From positions 160,001 to 224,000 of the IMG/VR virus record IMGVR_UViG_3300045988_175328: 64,000 nucleotides of DNA, one strand, 5' to 3'. Origin of the DNA: a virus. The translations under genes were made by a program, and so were the position numbers. The notes under the pieces were generated by a model that was not told the DNA's origin, did not search any database, and saw only the letters and a program-made list of their open reading frames with translations. Shown here piece after piece: positions 46,835 through 56,087 of this stretch (position 1 is the first letter of the stretch; each line of letters begins with the position of its first letter).

Positions 46835-46926
46835 GTCCGGCATTTGTTGTTTTTGGATATATTTTAGTATTATTATTAATTGCGGCCATTTTATGGGCGC
46901 TAGAAATACTATTATTTAACAAGTAA
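46831..46926 (+). CDS. Tiny membrane protein (TTG start; not in ORF track)
   Basis: (L/M)SPAFVVFGYILVLLLLIAAILWALEILLFNK; SD gaggtgat. Confidence 0.45.
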   Translation: MSPAFVVFGYILVLLLIAAILWALEILLFNK

Positions 46927-46952
46927 TTTATTCTTTAAAAAGGAGAACTCTC

Positions 46953-47408
46953 ATGAACTTAGTAACTAAAGAAATAATCTTAACTCGACTCGATAAAAAA
47001 GGTGCACTAAGTGCACTTGAATCAACTATTGAAAAATTTCATGAAGAATATCATAATAATAAATATAATTTTAAAGATGTCGATAATCATATTGAAGAAT
47101 TTAAATTATATAATGGAGAGTTATTCTATCGCTCTACTAACGATATTAATATTGACTTAAATACATTAAAAAATAGTAACGATGAGTATGTAATTAATGA
47201 TTTAATGCGATTAAAATCTTCAGTAAATCTAGCTCTTCTATTAAAAGAAAAGAATTTTAATATGATTCCAGTACCAGAAGATCTTTTAGATAATCTATAT
47301 CTTAATATAAAACTATTCTTAAAAACAATTGAACGAATCGAGTTAGCATTAGAAGCTCTCAATCGAGCCGATACTATTCTTAATGGAGAGGATGGCTTCC
47401 GAGTCTAA
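46953..47408 (+). CDS. Hypothetical protein
   Basis: ORF with SD. Confidence 0.5.
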   Translation: MNLVTKEIILTRLDKKGALSALESTIEKFHEEYHNNKYNFKDVDNHIEEFKLYNGELFYRSTNDINIDLNTLKNSNDEYVINDLMRLKSSVNLALLLKEKNFNMIPVPEDLLDNLYLNIKLFLKTIERIELALEALNRADTILNGEDGFRV

Positions 47409-47630
47409 TGAAATACCGTCAAATTGTTAAAACGGTAGCACATGCTTGTATTAACTATAAATTAAGTCTTCCTATAGACTTTAAATTAATTTTAACAAGA
47501 ACTTCGTGCATGTTGTATGCTAAAGGAGAGAATGATGCTACATTTAAAGGTCGACTAATTTTATTGAAATTCAGAACTAACACTCGTGATTTTAATCATG
47601 AGATACAGTTTTGGAAATTAGTAAGCCTGT
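47408..47630 (+). CDS. 5' exon of small host gene interrupted by IStron
   Basis: ORF runs into element; joining 47630 to 49450 restores a 121-codon frame. Confidence 0.55.
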
Positions 47631-48060
47631 AGGGAAACTTGCAGGTAGAAATAGCTTTTAGCTATTCAACGAAGAAACTGAATTGCTGGGAACCCCTAAA
47701 GCTCAATTAACTACAATATAGATTTGAAATATAATCAAGTATGAATGTGGCGAAAGCAGAAAAAATAATTGAGATAAGATATGGTTAAACCCTAAGTCTT
47801 AAGATAATGGGCAATCAGCAGCGAAGCTCCGAATAGGAGAACGTTCAACGACTATTCCTCGTGAGGGAAGTACACCGTAAGCGATTGACGGTGGAAGTGG
47901 TGTCGCCTAAGTCGCAATAGCGATATGGATAAGATATAGTCTGTGCTTATGCGAAAGTATAAGATGCGCGTAATGGCGCTGGTTAGGAATAGCGATCCTG
48001 ATTGAACGAGACCTCACAAAACATGGTTCTAAAATGTCCTGTAAAAGTTTTACTGAAAAG

Positions 48061-48088
48061 TTGTTTTTTAGTAAAAGTATGTTATAAT
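48061..48088 (+). promoter_or_regulatory. Promoter for tnpB
   Basis: TTGTTT-N16-TATAAT. Confidence 0.5.
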
Positions 48089-48118
48089 AATCTCGTAATA
48101 TAGTAATTAGAAAGCGAG

Positions 48119-49378
48119 GTGATAATAATGTATGTAAATATGAAGCAACAGGTAAAACATCTAACAAAAGAAAAATACAATATCCTAAGAGAATTATGTA
48201 GGACTGCTAAGAATTTAAAAAATGAAGCAATTTATAATATTCGACAACATTATTTTCAAGAAAAACAATACTTGAGATATGAGTCGAATTATCATGAACT
48301 AAAGTATTCTGAAAATTATAAGCTTTTAAATTCTAATATGGCACAACAAACTCTCAAGGAAGTTGATACAATGTTTAAATCATTCTTTGCTTTGATTAAA
48401 ATGGCAAAGCAAGGAAAGTACAGTTTTAAGCATATACGATTACCTAAGTATCTGCCTAAAAATGGATATTCAAATTTAATCATTGCACAATTTAAAATTA
48501 AAGATGGTATTTTAACTATTCCAGTTTCTAATGCTTTTAAGGAAAAGCATGATATGAAAATTCAGATCAAAATTCCCAAAGCATTAGAAGGTAAAAAGAT
48601 TAAACAGATTCAAATTATACCTAAATTTAATGCTAGGTTCTTCGAGATTCAATATATATATGAAGTTCAAGAAGAAGATTTAAAATTAGATACCAACAAT
48701 GCACTGGCTATTGATTTGGGAGTTAATAATTTGTGTACTTGCGTTACAAACGCTGGTAGATCTTTTATTATCGACGGAAGGAAGTTAAAATCTGTTAATC
48801 AATTCTTTAACAAGAATTATGCTAAACTACAATCTATTAAAGACAAACAGCGTATCAAAAGACAGACGAAACAACAATATTTAATTTCTCTTAAGAGAAA
48901 GAATAGGGTTAACGATTATATCAATAAAACATGTCGATATATCATAAACTATTGCTTATCTAATAATATCGGAACTTTAGTTATTGGTTATAATCAGTCA
49001 TTTCAATGTAAAACTAATTTAGGTAGGAGAAACAATCAAATTTTTACTCAATTGCCATTTGGTAAGATTCGAGAAAAATTAGAATATTCGTGCAAACGAT
49101 ATGGTATTAATTATATCTTACAAGAAGAATCTTACACTTCTAAAGCTAGTTTTTTTGATAATGATGAGTTACCTATTTATAATGCTGACAATCCACAGGA
49201 ATATGAGTTCAGTGGAAAGCGTGTTAAAAGAGGATTATACCAGACTAAAGATGGTTATCTTTTTAATGCAGATTGTAACGGCGCATTAAATATTCTTCGT
49301 AAAAGTAGCGTTGTAGACCTTAGTGTCTTATACAGTAGGGGCGATCTGGACACGCCTAAAAGAATAAGGATCTTTTAA
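48119..49378 (+). CDS. tnpB: TnpB (RuvC-like RNA-guided nuclease of IS605-family elements)
   Basis: LAIDLGVNNLCTCVTN, QEESYTSKASFFD, FNADCNGALNILRK motifs. Confidence 0.93.
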   Translation: MIIMYVNMKQQVKHLTKEKYNILRELCRTAKNLKNEAIYNIRQHYFQEKQYLRYESNYHELKYSENYKLLNSNMAQQTLKEVDTMFKSFFALIKMAKQGKYSFKHIRLPKYLPKNGYSNLIIAQFKIKDGILTIPVSNAFKEKHDMKIQIKIPKALEGKKIKQIQIIPKFNARFFEIQYIYEVQEEDLKLDTNNALAIDLGVNNLCTCVTNAGRSFIIDGRKLKSVNQFFNKNYAKLQSIKDKQRIKRQTKQQYLISLKRKNRVNDYINKTCRYIINYCLSNNIGTLVIGYNQSFQCKTNLGRRNNQIFTQLPFGKIREKLEYSCKRYGINYILQEESYTSKASFFDNDELPIYNADNPQEYEFSGKRVKRGLYQTKDGYLFNADCNGALNILRKSSVVDLSVLYSRGDLDTPKRIRIF

Positions 49379-49449
49379 GATCAAACTTCTTAATAAAATA
49401 ACTTTAAGTTATTTTTAGAACCATGTGATTTTAATCATGTGAGGTTCAG

Positions 49450-49592
49450 TGAATCGAGATATTGATCTTAATGAATATAGCGCTTACGACCAAATTGTGT
49501 ATAAAACAGTAGAATCATATTTAATTAAAAATCAGGAGGCATTCTCTAAGTTTAATACATTAGTCGGCACTATTGAATCTGAAGTAGAATAA
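49450..49592 (+). CDS. 3' exon of IStron-interrupted gene
   Basis: ...NRDIDLNEYSAYDQIVYKTVESYLIKNQEAFSKFNTLVGTIESEVE*. Confidence 0.55.
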
Positions 49593-49599
49593 AAAAGAT

Positions 49600-49633
49600 G
49601 ACCCTGTATTTTTAAATTACAGAGTCATCTTTT
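49600..49633. terminator. Bidirectional terminator between convergent genes
   Basis: GATGACcCTGTA...TACAGaGTCATC flanked by A/T runs. Confidence 0.8.
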
Positions 49634-49670
49634 TAGTCTATAGTAACGAGCTGATATTTGTATGTCAGGA

Positions 49671-49949
49671 TTATTTATTTAAAGCTTCTTTTAAAGCTTT
49701 AGCTGGTTTGAAAGCTACAGCTTTTTTTGCAGCGACTTTCATTTTTTCGCCAGTTTGTGGATTACGGCATTCGCGAGCTTTACGTTCACGAGATTCGAAA
49801 ATGCCGAAACCATGTAAGCTAACTTTATCTCCTTTTACAAGAGATGTAGTTACTGTTGCTAATACATCTTCAACTAAAGCTGTAATAGCTTTTAAAGTTA
49901 ATTCAGGATGTTTAGCAGCAACTGCTTTAATTAATTCTTGTTTATTCAT
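49671..49949 (-). CDS. hup: HU-family DNA-binding protein
   Basis: MNKQELIKAVAAKHPELTLKAITALVEDVL...GDKVSLHGFGIFESRERKARECRNPQTGEKM...AFKPAKALKEALN. Confidence 0.95.
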   Translation of the reverse strand: MNKQELIKAVAAKHPELTLKAITALVEDVLATVTTSLVKGDKVSLHGFGIFESRERKARECRNPQTGEKMKVAAKKAVAFKPAKALKEALNK

Positions 49950-50242
49950 TTGTATCTCCTTTCTTATAAGTCAATAAGTAGCATGAGAAATACCTATTAT
50001 AGATTAAAATGTTTCTTGCAAGAAGAGTAGCACATAGGCACTAAACATACTACTTATTGCTTATATATTGTATTACAACGCTATTATATATCATTTAATT
50101 AGCTTTGTAAATAGCTAAATTTAAAAATCCTCTTTTTTGAGGCTATCATTTGCTATTCATTTAATATGTTAGCAAAATAAATCCTCATTTATGACGTATT
50201 CGTCAATGTACGGCTTAGTATTATTTATCATGGAGGTTTTAT

Positions 50243-50581
50243 ATGATTGAAAAGGAAATATTAGTCCCAAGACTTGCAGCACTCACTTTCGACAATAAAA
50301 ATGATTTCGAAATTGAAGTAACTCAATGGGATGAAGTGCTTGTCAAAATTGAAGGCAAGACGGGAAATAAAGATGAATTCGCCCAGACTATTTTTAATTT
50401 AGAAACTGGTATAGTTATTTATGAAGTAGATGGTGAAGAAATAGATTCACAACTTATTGAGCCACAGTCTTTTGAAGAATGGGACTACGAGAATTGGCAA
50501 TGTGCCCATGACGATTATTCTAAATGGGTAGATTATATTAAAGAACAAGTTAATTATTTGTATACAGAAAGGGAATTTTAA
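50243..50581 (+). CDS. Hypothetical protein
   Basis: ORF with SD; preceded by AAATCCTC element. Confidence 0.55.
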   Translation: MIEKEILVPRLAALTFDNKNDFEIEVTQWDEVLVKIEGKTGNKDEFAQTIFNLETGIVIYEVDGEEIDSQLIEPQSFEEWDYENWQCAHDDYSKWVDYIKEQVNYLYTEREF

Positions 50582-51096
50582 TGTTAAACGTAACAGTAAA
50601 TAAAGAAATTTTAGGACAAGAAAATTTAATGAATATTATGGCTCAAACAGGAGCCACTATCGTTTCTCAAGAAGGAGACGATATTGTATTAGGCGTTAAT
50701 CCTGAACAAAAAGAAAATTTTGTAAAATTGTATGATGACGCCACTAAATTTAGTGGCGTTTATAAAGCTTCTAAGTTTGCAGGCTCTCTTATCGGGAAGA
50801 CAGCTGACTTAGGAAAGAAAGCTTTAGTTGGTACCGGCCAACTAGCCTTTAAAACTACTTTTGGTGTAGGTCGTCGCTGTGTTGAAACAGTGGCTGGTCT
50901 TGGTGCTAAAATGGTTAAAGAAGGGAAAGAAAGCTATGGTCAAATGATGGACTCTGAAGAGTTTAATGATTTACGAAATCAATTTGGTGGCTCTTCTGAT
51001 AATGGATTATCATGGAATTCTGTAGAACAGAAAGAAACTCCTACTCAAGAAGAAATTTTAGAAGAAGCCACAAGACTCAATGAGGAGCAAGGTTAA
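50581..51096 (+). CDS. Hypothetical protein, paralog of 28852-29337
   Basis: GQLAFKTTFGVGRRCVETVAG...KESYGQMMDSEEFNDLRNQFGGSSDNGLSWN. Confidence 0.7.
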   Translation: MLNVTVNKEILGQENLMNIMAQTGATIVSQEGDDIVLGVNPEQKENFVKLYDDATKFSGVYKASKFAGSLIGKTADLGKKALVGTGQLAFKTTFGVGRRCVETVAGLGAKMVKEGKESYGQMMDSEEFNDLRNQFGGSSDNGLSWNSVEQKETPTQEEILEEATRLNEEQG

Positions 51097-51716
51097 TGAA
51101 ATACCTATTAACTATTCTCGAAAATGAGTCTAATGAAGGAGAAGTAGCACTCCATTGTCTTAATGACAATGGAGTCTATCTTCCATTTCTTAGAAGAGAA
51201 AAATATCAATCTCTCGATCATTTAAATATATTAGTTGGCAATTTTCTTAAAAATGTAACTTCTATAGAAAATTATGTCGGCATTTTTCTGAGCGAGAATT
51301 TAATTCGATTAGATTTCAATGAAAAAATCTATAAAAAAGAAATTGAAAAATTTCTTAAATTAAATCCTCAATATGTTAATGAGCACTATACTGTCCAAAC
51401 TGGACAACATGGTAGCGTTATTACCAATGTATTCATTGACAAAAGAAGATTTCTAAAATTAGCAAAAAGCAAAGTAGGCAAAACATGGGCTTCTAAAGAT
51501 TTTAAGGTCAAAAATATAGTTAGCTACAATTTGCTTTTGGCCAGCGAAGCTGAAAAAGAAATCATTAAAATAAACCCTCTATTGTCTAGAAATGATATCA
51601 ATCATTTAATTCTTTGCCATGCAATAGTAAAGACTGAATTTGGCGATAAGGCATTTGAAGAGCTTGTAAGAAATTCTTCTCTTAATAATCACTCTTCATC
51701 ATCATTAATGCACTAA
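51096..51716 (+). CDS. Hypothetical protein
   Basis: 206-aa ORF. Confidence 0.55.
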   Translation: MKYLLTILENESNEGEVALHCLNDNGVYLPFLRREKYQSLDHLNILVGNFLKNVTSIENYVGIFLSENLIRLDFNEKIYKKEIEKFLKLNPQYVNEHYTVQTGQHGSVITNVFIDKRRFLKLAKSKVGKTWASKDFKVKNIVSYNLLLASEAEKEIIKINPLLSRNDINHLILCHAIVKTEFGDKAFEELVRNSSLNNHSSSSLMH

Positions 51717-51745
51717 GTATATTTAGCAAATTAAAATCCTCACAT

Positions 51746-51774
51746 TTGACATTTTCATAATATTAGCATATAAT
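51746..51774 (+). promoter_or_regulatory. Perfect-consensus sigma-A promoter
   Basis: TTGACA-N17-TATAAT. Confidence 0.88.
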
Positions 51775-51798
51775 ATATTTATTAAATGTTGGCATTAG

Positions 51799-51962
51799 TA
51801 ATACGGTTTGGTTAATTTCCCCTTTAACCTTACCGTATTATTAATTTTACAGGATGCTCCTGTAGTGAGTCTATCAAATTACGCACCCCTCGGTTTACAT
51901 GTTCTCTCTCATGTGTAATTTTACAGATAGGCTTACTAGAGGAGCATCCTCTTTTTTTTTAT
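51799..51962 (+). ncRNA. Small structured RNA: 5' hairpin plus long rod-like helix ending in U-run
   Basis: TAATACGGT/ACCGTATTA; nested AGGATGCTCCT/AGGAGCATCCT, AGTGAG/CTTACT, CTATC/GATAG, AAATTACGCA/TGTGTAATTT; then CTTTTTTTTT. Confidence 0.75.
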
Positions 51963-52008
51963 TATTTTTTTATTTTAATGAGGCGAGGCCTCAGAAAAGG
52001 AGACTACT

Positions 52009-52662
52009 ATGTTAGTACAAGTAAATTATGTAACAAAAGAATTAGAAGGTAAAACACAATTCGCACGTGCCGTACAAATCGGTGACAAAGTGAAAGCAAC
52101 CGCTCTCGATGTTCACAACAATAAGTTTGAAGGCATTATGACTGAATGTGCAAATATGTTAAAAGCAGTTGATTCTTTAAAAATGAATCCATCTGCTAAA
52201 AACATTTTGTCGGTAACATTACCTGATTTCTATATGGCAAAAGTATTACGCGGCTATTCTTTAGCTAAAAATGGTACTGCCATTAATAAAGAAACGGCTA
52301 TGTTTAAAGGCGAAATTGATTTAGCACCGACTGTAGCTTTTGTACAAGAATTAACAGCTATTCTTAAAAAAGGATGGAGCGTACGCTTCCAATCTTATAG
52401 CTCTTTACAATATTTTGTAGTAGATGCTCAAGGATATGCTGGTCAAACAGAAGCTACTTTTGAAAACGGTGTTTCTAAAGAAGGTTTCGCATTAGCTGGC
52501 GGCAATAAAGCATCTGGTACTTATGTATTGAAAGAAGAAAAAGGACAAGTATTAGCTGTTCGCCCAGATAGTAAAACACAAAAAGAAAGCCGTGCTCGCT
52601 TTGCAGCAGCAATGGGAACACTTAATAAATTTGATGCGAATATTTTACTTAATGCATTCTAA
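52009..52662 (+). CDS. Hypothetical protein
   Basis: 217-aa ORF; mini-hairpin + SD leader. Confidence 0.6.
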   Translation: MLVQVNYVTKELEGKTQFARAVQIGDKVKATALDVHNNKFEGIMTECANMLKAVDSLKMNPSAKNILSVTLPDFYMAKVLRGYSLAKNGTAINKETAMFKGEIDLAPTVAFVQELTAILKKGWSVRFQSYSSLQYFVVDAQGYAGQTEATFENGVSKEGFALAGGNKASGTYVLKEEKGQVLAVRPDSKTQKESRARFAAAMGTLNKFDANILLNAF

Positions 52663-52682
52663 TTTAGTTTAATTGGTATAAA

Positions 52683-52717
52683 GCCTGCTGACATTAGTCA
52701 GCAGGTATTTATTTTTT
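52683..52717 (+). terminator. Intrinsic terminator
   Basis: CCTGCTGAC-att-aGTCAGCAGG-TATTTATTTTTT. Confidence 0.8.
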
Positions 52718-52734
52718 AAGAAAGGATTATTTAA

Positions 52735-53142
52735 ATGGGAAACAGAGCTGTAATTACCTGGAGCGACACGAAACAACCTAAAGTTAGTAATGATTTAGGA
52801 ATCTATTTACATTGGAATGGAGGTATTGAATCTGTTCAAGCATTTTTAGAATATGCAAAAGAGAATGGATTACCTAATCCTAGTGATGATGAACAATATG
52901 GACTTGCTCGCATGGTTCAAATGATTGGTAACTTTTTAGGTGATTATTCCGGTATTGGAATTGGCCCATTAAAAGAGTTAGATCTCGACAATTGGGACAA
53001 TGGTACATATTTCTGTAAAGATTTTAATATTGTTCGTCGAATGTATTGCGATGATCGCGAACATGTTTTGTCGACTGATAAAGATCTTGAAGATATGAAA
53101 GATCAAATCTATCGCAAACAACCTGAATCTTACAAAAAATAG
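52735..53142 (+). CDS. Conserved hypothetical protein ('MGNRAVITW...YLHWNGG')
   Basis: GIYLHWNGGIESVQAFLEYAKENGL...YGLARMVQMIGNFLGDYSGIGIG; recurrent family of unknown function. Confidence 0.65.
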   Translation: MGNRAVITWSDTKQPKVSNDLGIYLHWNGGIESVQAFLEYAKENGLPNPSDDEQYGLARMVQMIGNFLGDYSGIGIGPLKELDLDNWDNGTYFCKDFNIVRRMYCDDREHVLSTDKDLEDMKDQIYRKQPESYKK

Positions 53143-53150
53143 GTGAGATT

Positions 53151-53393
53151 ATGAGCCCGTTATTCGGACTCGATTATTTGATGGATACTCTCGACGACCG
53201 TTCTTTAATTCTTTTATATAATGAATGGCGCCGAGAGTATAATCTATCTAATCGAGGATTCTTTAGACAATGTGAAGGTATAATTGTACATAGAAATAAT
53301 ACATATTATACAAGCTTAAACAAAAAATTAATTCCATTAAAAGATTTAAGAAAGTATATTAAAGATAATGTACTCCAAGTACATTCTTGGTAG
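53151..53393 (+). CDS. Hypothetical protein
   Basis: ORF with SD. Confidence 0.45.
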   Translation: MSPLFGLDYLMDTLDDRSLILLYNEWRREYNLSNRGFFRQCEGIIVHRNNTYYTSLNKKLIPLKDLRKYIKDNVLQVHSW

Positions 53394-53401
53394 GTGATAC
53401 A

Positions 53402-53872
53402 ATGATCAGATACTGTGATAAGTGCAAGAAAGAAATTGAAACAGAAGTAATTTTTAGAAAAGAAATATACGAAGTTCTTGGAGAAGACATTGAAGTTGAT
53501 TCTCAAATACTTGTTTGTTCTAAATGCGGCAATAATTTTTACTACGAAGATTTTGATAAAGTTACACTAATAGTTGCCTATAATAAATATAGAAAAAAAC
53601 ATAATTTACTTTTTCCTATAGAAATAGAGTCAATTAGAAGAATGTATTGTCTTAGTCAAATAAACTTCGCTAAACTTCTTAATTGGAGCGATAAAGCTAT
53701 TCGAAAATATGAAAGCGGTACAATTCAAAGCAAAGAGCACAATGATTTATTAGTATATTTAAAAGATCCAAGAAATATGAAATCTTATCTATCAAAAAAT
53801 AAAGTTAATTTAGATGAAAAAACTTTAGATAAATTAACATATTTAGTAGATAGATTAATTTTAAAACTATGA
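53402..53872 (+). CDS. MqsA/YgiT-like zinc-finger + HTH protein
   Basis: MIRYCDKCKKEIETEVIFRKEIYEVLGEDIEVDSQILVCSKCGNNFYYEDFD (two CxxC) followed by HTH 'IRRMYCLSQINFAKLLNWSDKAIRKYESGTIQ'. Confidence 0.75.
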   Translation: MIRYCDKCKKEIETEVIFRKEIYEVLGEDIEVDSQILVCSKCGNNFYYEDFDKVTLIVAYNKYRKKHNLLFPIEIESIRRMYCLSQINFAKLLNWSDKAIRKYESGTIQSKEHNDLLVYLKDPRNMKSYLSKNKVNLDEKTLDKLTYLVDRLILKL

Positions 53873-53901
53873 GTAGTAGTTTAAAATGAAAGGCCAAAAA
53901 T

Positions 53902-54225
53902 ATGCCAGATATATATGTTCCTGATTTAACAATATTTGATATTATTAAAGAAAAAGATAAAATTAAAACAAGAGATGAATTTATTGAATCTTTGTCAACA
54001 GCTCAATCTGCTTATATTCTAGGATTAAAAATTCAAGCAGTTGATTCCGCTAGTTATTGGCTTGATAAATATAAAGAAACAAAAGATAAGAAATATTTAA
54101 CGAAAGTAAATAAATATTTAATTCAAGCCAACACTGTAGAATTTTTCACAAATTTAGATGTACTTTCAGAAGAATATGAAGACATAAAAAAAGAATATAA
54201 TAAAGTAATTAAGGATGTGATTTAA
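53902..54225 (+). CDS. Hypothetical helical protein
   Basis: ORF. Confidence 0.5.
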   Translation: MPDIYVPDLTIFDIIKEKDKIKTRDEFIESLSTAQSAYILGLKIQAVDSASYWLDKYKETKDKKYLTKVNKYLIQANTVEFFTNLDVLSEEYEDIKKEYNKVIKDVI

Positions 54226-54518
54226 TGCCGAATAATTATAATGATTGGGGCGAGTTCGCCGCAAGTTTAGGATTAAGACAAGAAGGATTTCTTGAAGACT
54301 TAATTAAAGGACACATTGAAGAATGTAATTGTTTTCTTAAAGAATATAGCGAAAGTAATGATGTTTATTTATTTTATTTAGTGCAAGACTCTTTAGTTCA
54401 AATGCGATTATTATATTGTTTGTTGAATAAAAATGCTGATGAGGAATATAAAAGAATCTATTTATCATACAAAAATATTAAAGAACACCTTATAGAAGGA
54501 GGAAGATTAAATGGCTAA
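54225..54518 (+). CDS. Hypothetical protein
   Basis: ORF overlapping neighbours. Confidence 0.5.
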   Translation: MPNNYNDWGEFAASLGLRQEGFLEDLIKGHIEECNCFLKEYSESNDVYLFYLVQDSLVQMRLLYCLLNKNADEEYKRIYLSYKNIKEHLIEGGRLNG

Positions 54519-55200
54519 CTGTTGTATGAATACATTAATCTTCTATTGTAATAAAGAAGATGATAAATCAAAAAGATCTTTAAAAAAATTGTTTAATTCT
54601 TTTGTTAAATTAAGAGAAAAATATAATTCTAATTTACATAAAATGATGTGTGACCAATTTAATAAACAATATGTAATTCCATCCTTTAAAAGAGCTGAAC
54701 TCGATTATATTTCAGAAAACATTTCTGTATTAGAAGAAAGTGATAATGCTTCTTTTATTATGGAAGTTGTTTCAGCATGGATTCCTATTATTAGAAATAT
54801 GGAACATATTGTAAATATGTGGAATCAGAATAATACTAATTCTTTGATCAAAGTTGTAGGCATGGCCGAAGAAACTGGCTGTGATGTTTATGTAAACACA
54901 GATAAAGAAGGAGATTTTTTCATTGATCGATACAAATTTGTATTTGTAAAAGAAAATGAAGATGAAGATATTTATTCTGACAGCTTTGCTGCATCTAAAA
55001 GAGTTATTTCTAAAAAACTAAGAGAGTATGGTTATCATTTTTCAGAAGAAATTATTTTTAATACAGACAATGAAGAAAAGCTACAGACTATTGTAAATAG
55101 TATTATTGAAAAAGAAGATTTAGAATTAATTAGATTCTTTTGTTTTAAATATGAAGAAGAAGATGACTGTCCAGTTACATGGATAAGTCCAAAGGAATAA
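54511..55200 (+). CDS. Hypothetical protein
   Basis: MANCCMNTLIFYCNKEDD... ORF with SD ggagga. Confidence 0.55.
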   Translation: MANCCMNTLIFYCNKEDDKSKRSLKKLFNSFVKLREKYNSNLHKMMCDQFNKQYVIPSFKRAELDYISENISVLEESDNASFIMEVVSAWIPIIRNMEHIVNMWNQNNTNSLIKVVGMAEETGCDVYVNTDKEGDFFIDRYKFVFVKENEDEDIYSDSFAASKRVISKKLREYGYHFSEEIIFNTDNEEKLQTIVNSIIEKEDLELIRFFCFKYEEEDDCPVTWISPKE

Positions 55201-55202
55201 TC

Positions 55203-56075
55203 ATGAATGTAGGATTTTTTATATTTGCAGATAATCATAATCGCAAAGAACGAGTTCCTGTCTATAAAGTCTGGAACTTATTAAATAAAGCATATTCTGA
55301 GGCTTCCAATAACTGTCAAGATTTAACATTAAAAGATGCATATCGTGCCATGTTTCCTATTGATAACTGGCACGATATTCTTGTATCCCAAGGAGTCATT
55401 GAAACAATTGGAAATGTAAATGAAGATTTAGTCGGTTTCGAAATTGTAGTTGAAAGCGACAGTACTGATATTCTAAAAGAATTTGAATTGGCTATGAATC
55501 GATATTTTAATATGGCCGGACTTAATTTAGAAATTGTTGGTCGAGCTGTTGATTACGATAAAAGAATATCGATGAGTACAGATTACCATCATGTTTATTA
55601 CAAAGAAGCTTTAATTATTTCTGGCGAAATAGAAGGAAGTGACTTTTATTGTGACTATGATAATTTGGAACAGGTTCAAAGACTTTTAGTCGATTTTTTA
55701 GAATCGGATACTAGATTAAATGAAGAAGAAATAGTTACTCATGTAGAAGCTACTGGGTATGATTTAAATGATATGGAAGGTTTAGAAAAAGCCTTCAAAG
55801 TTGCTATGAAACATTTTAATGTTAATGGTGATTTTAAAATTGAAAAAATTAAAATTGATGAAAGGAAAAAATATACAATGAATTATAAAGCGAAATTTTT
55901 AATTGACACTTTAAGTCAATCTATCAAAACACTAGAAATGCACGAAGAAAGAAACGGACGAGATTATCTTATTGGTTCCGTTCTTGCAAATTTATATTTG
56001 GTACGAAACGATTTTGAAGACTATCTTCATGAGGAACATGAAGTTAATCTAATATCTGAAGAAATTCCATTTTAA
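55203..56075 (+). CDS. Hypothetical protein
   Basis: ORF; ATG 55203 preferred over 55179. Confidence 0.55.
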   Translation: MNVGFFIFADNHNRKERVPVYKVWNLLNKAYSEASNNCQDLTLKDAYRAMFPIDNWHDILVSQGVIETIGNVNEDLVGFEIVVESDSTDILKEFELAMNRYFNMAGLNLEIVGRAVDYDKRISMSTDYHHVYYKEALIISGEIEGSDFYCDYDNLEQVQRLLVDFLESDTRLNEEEIVTHVEATGYDLNDMEGLEKAFKVAMKHFNVNGDFKIEKIKIDERKKYTMNYKAKFLIDTLSQSIKTLEMHEERNGRDYLIGSVLANLYLVRNDFEDYLHEEHEVNLISEEIPF

Positions 56076-56087
56076 GGGAAATTTATT

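Larger units (their letters stand above)
47631..49449 (+). mobile_element. IStron: group I intron carrying an IS605/IS607-type tnpB (no tnpA)
   Basis: Group I core aatgggcaatcagcagcgaagctcc...gaacgttcaacgacta...ggataagatatagtctg upstream of tnpB; 3' end ...aaccatgtgattttaatcatgtgaggttcag. Confidence 0.8.

Noticed and set aside
47631-48118. Search for tnpA (Y1 or serine transposase) in the IStron
   Set aside because: The region upstream of tnpB is fully accounted for by the group I intron core; no transposase ORF seen.
49101-49289. ORF inside tnpB in another frame
   Set aside because: Alternative-frame shadow of well-supported TnpB.
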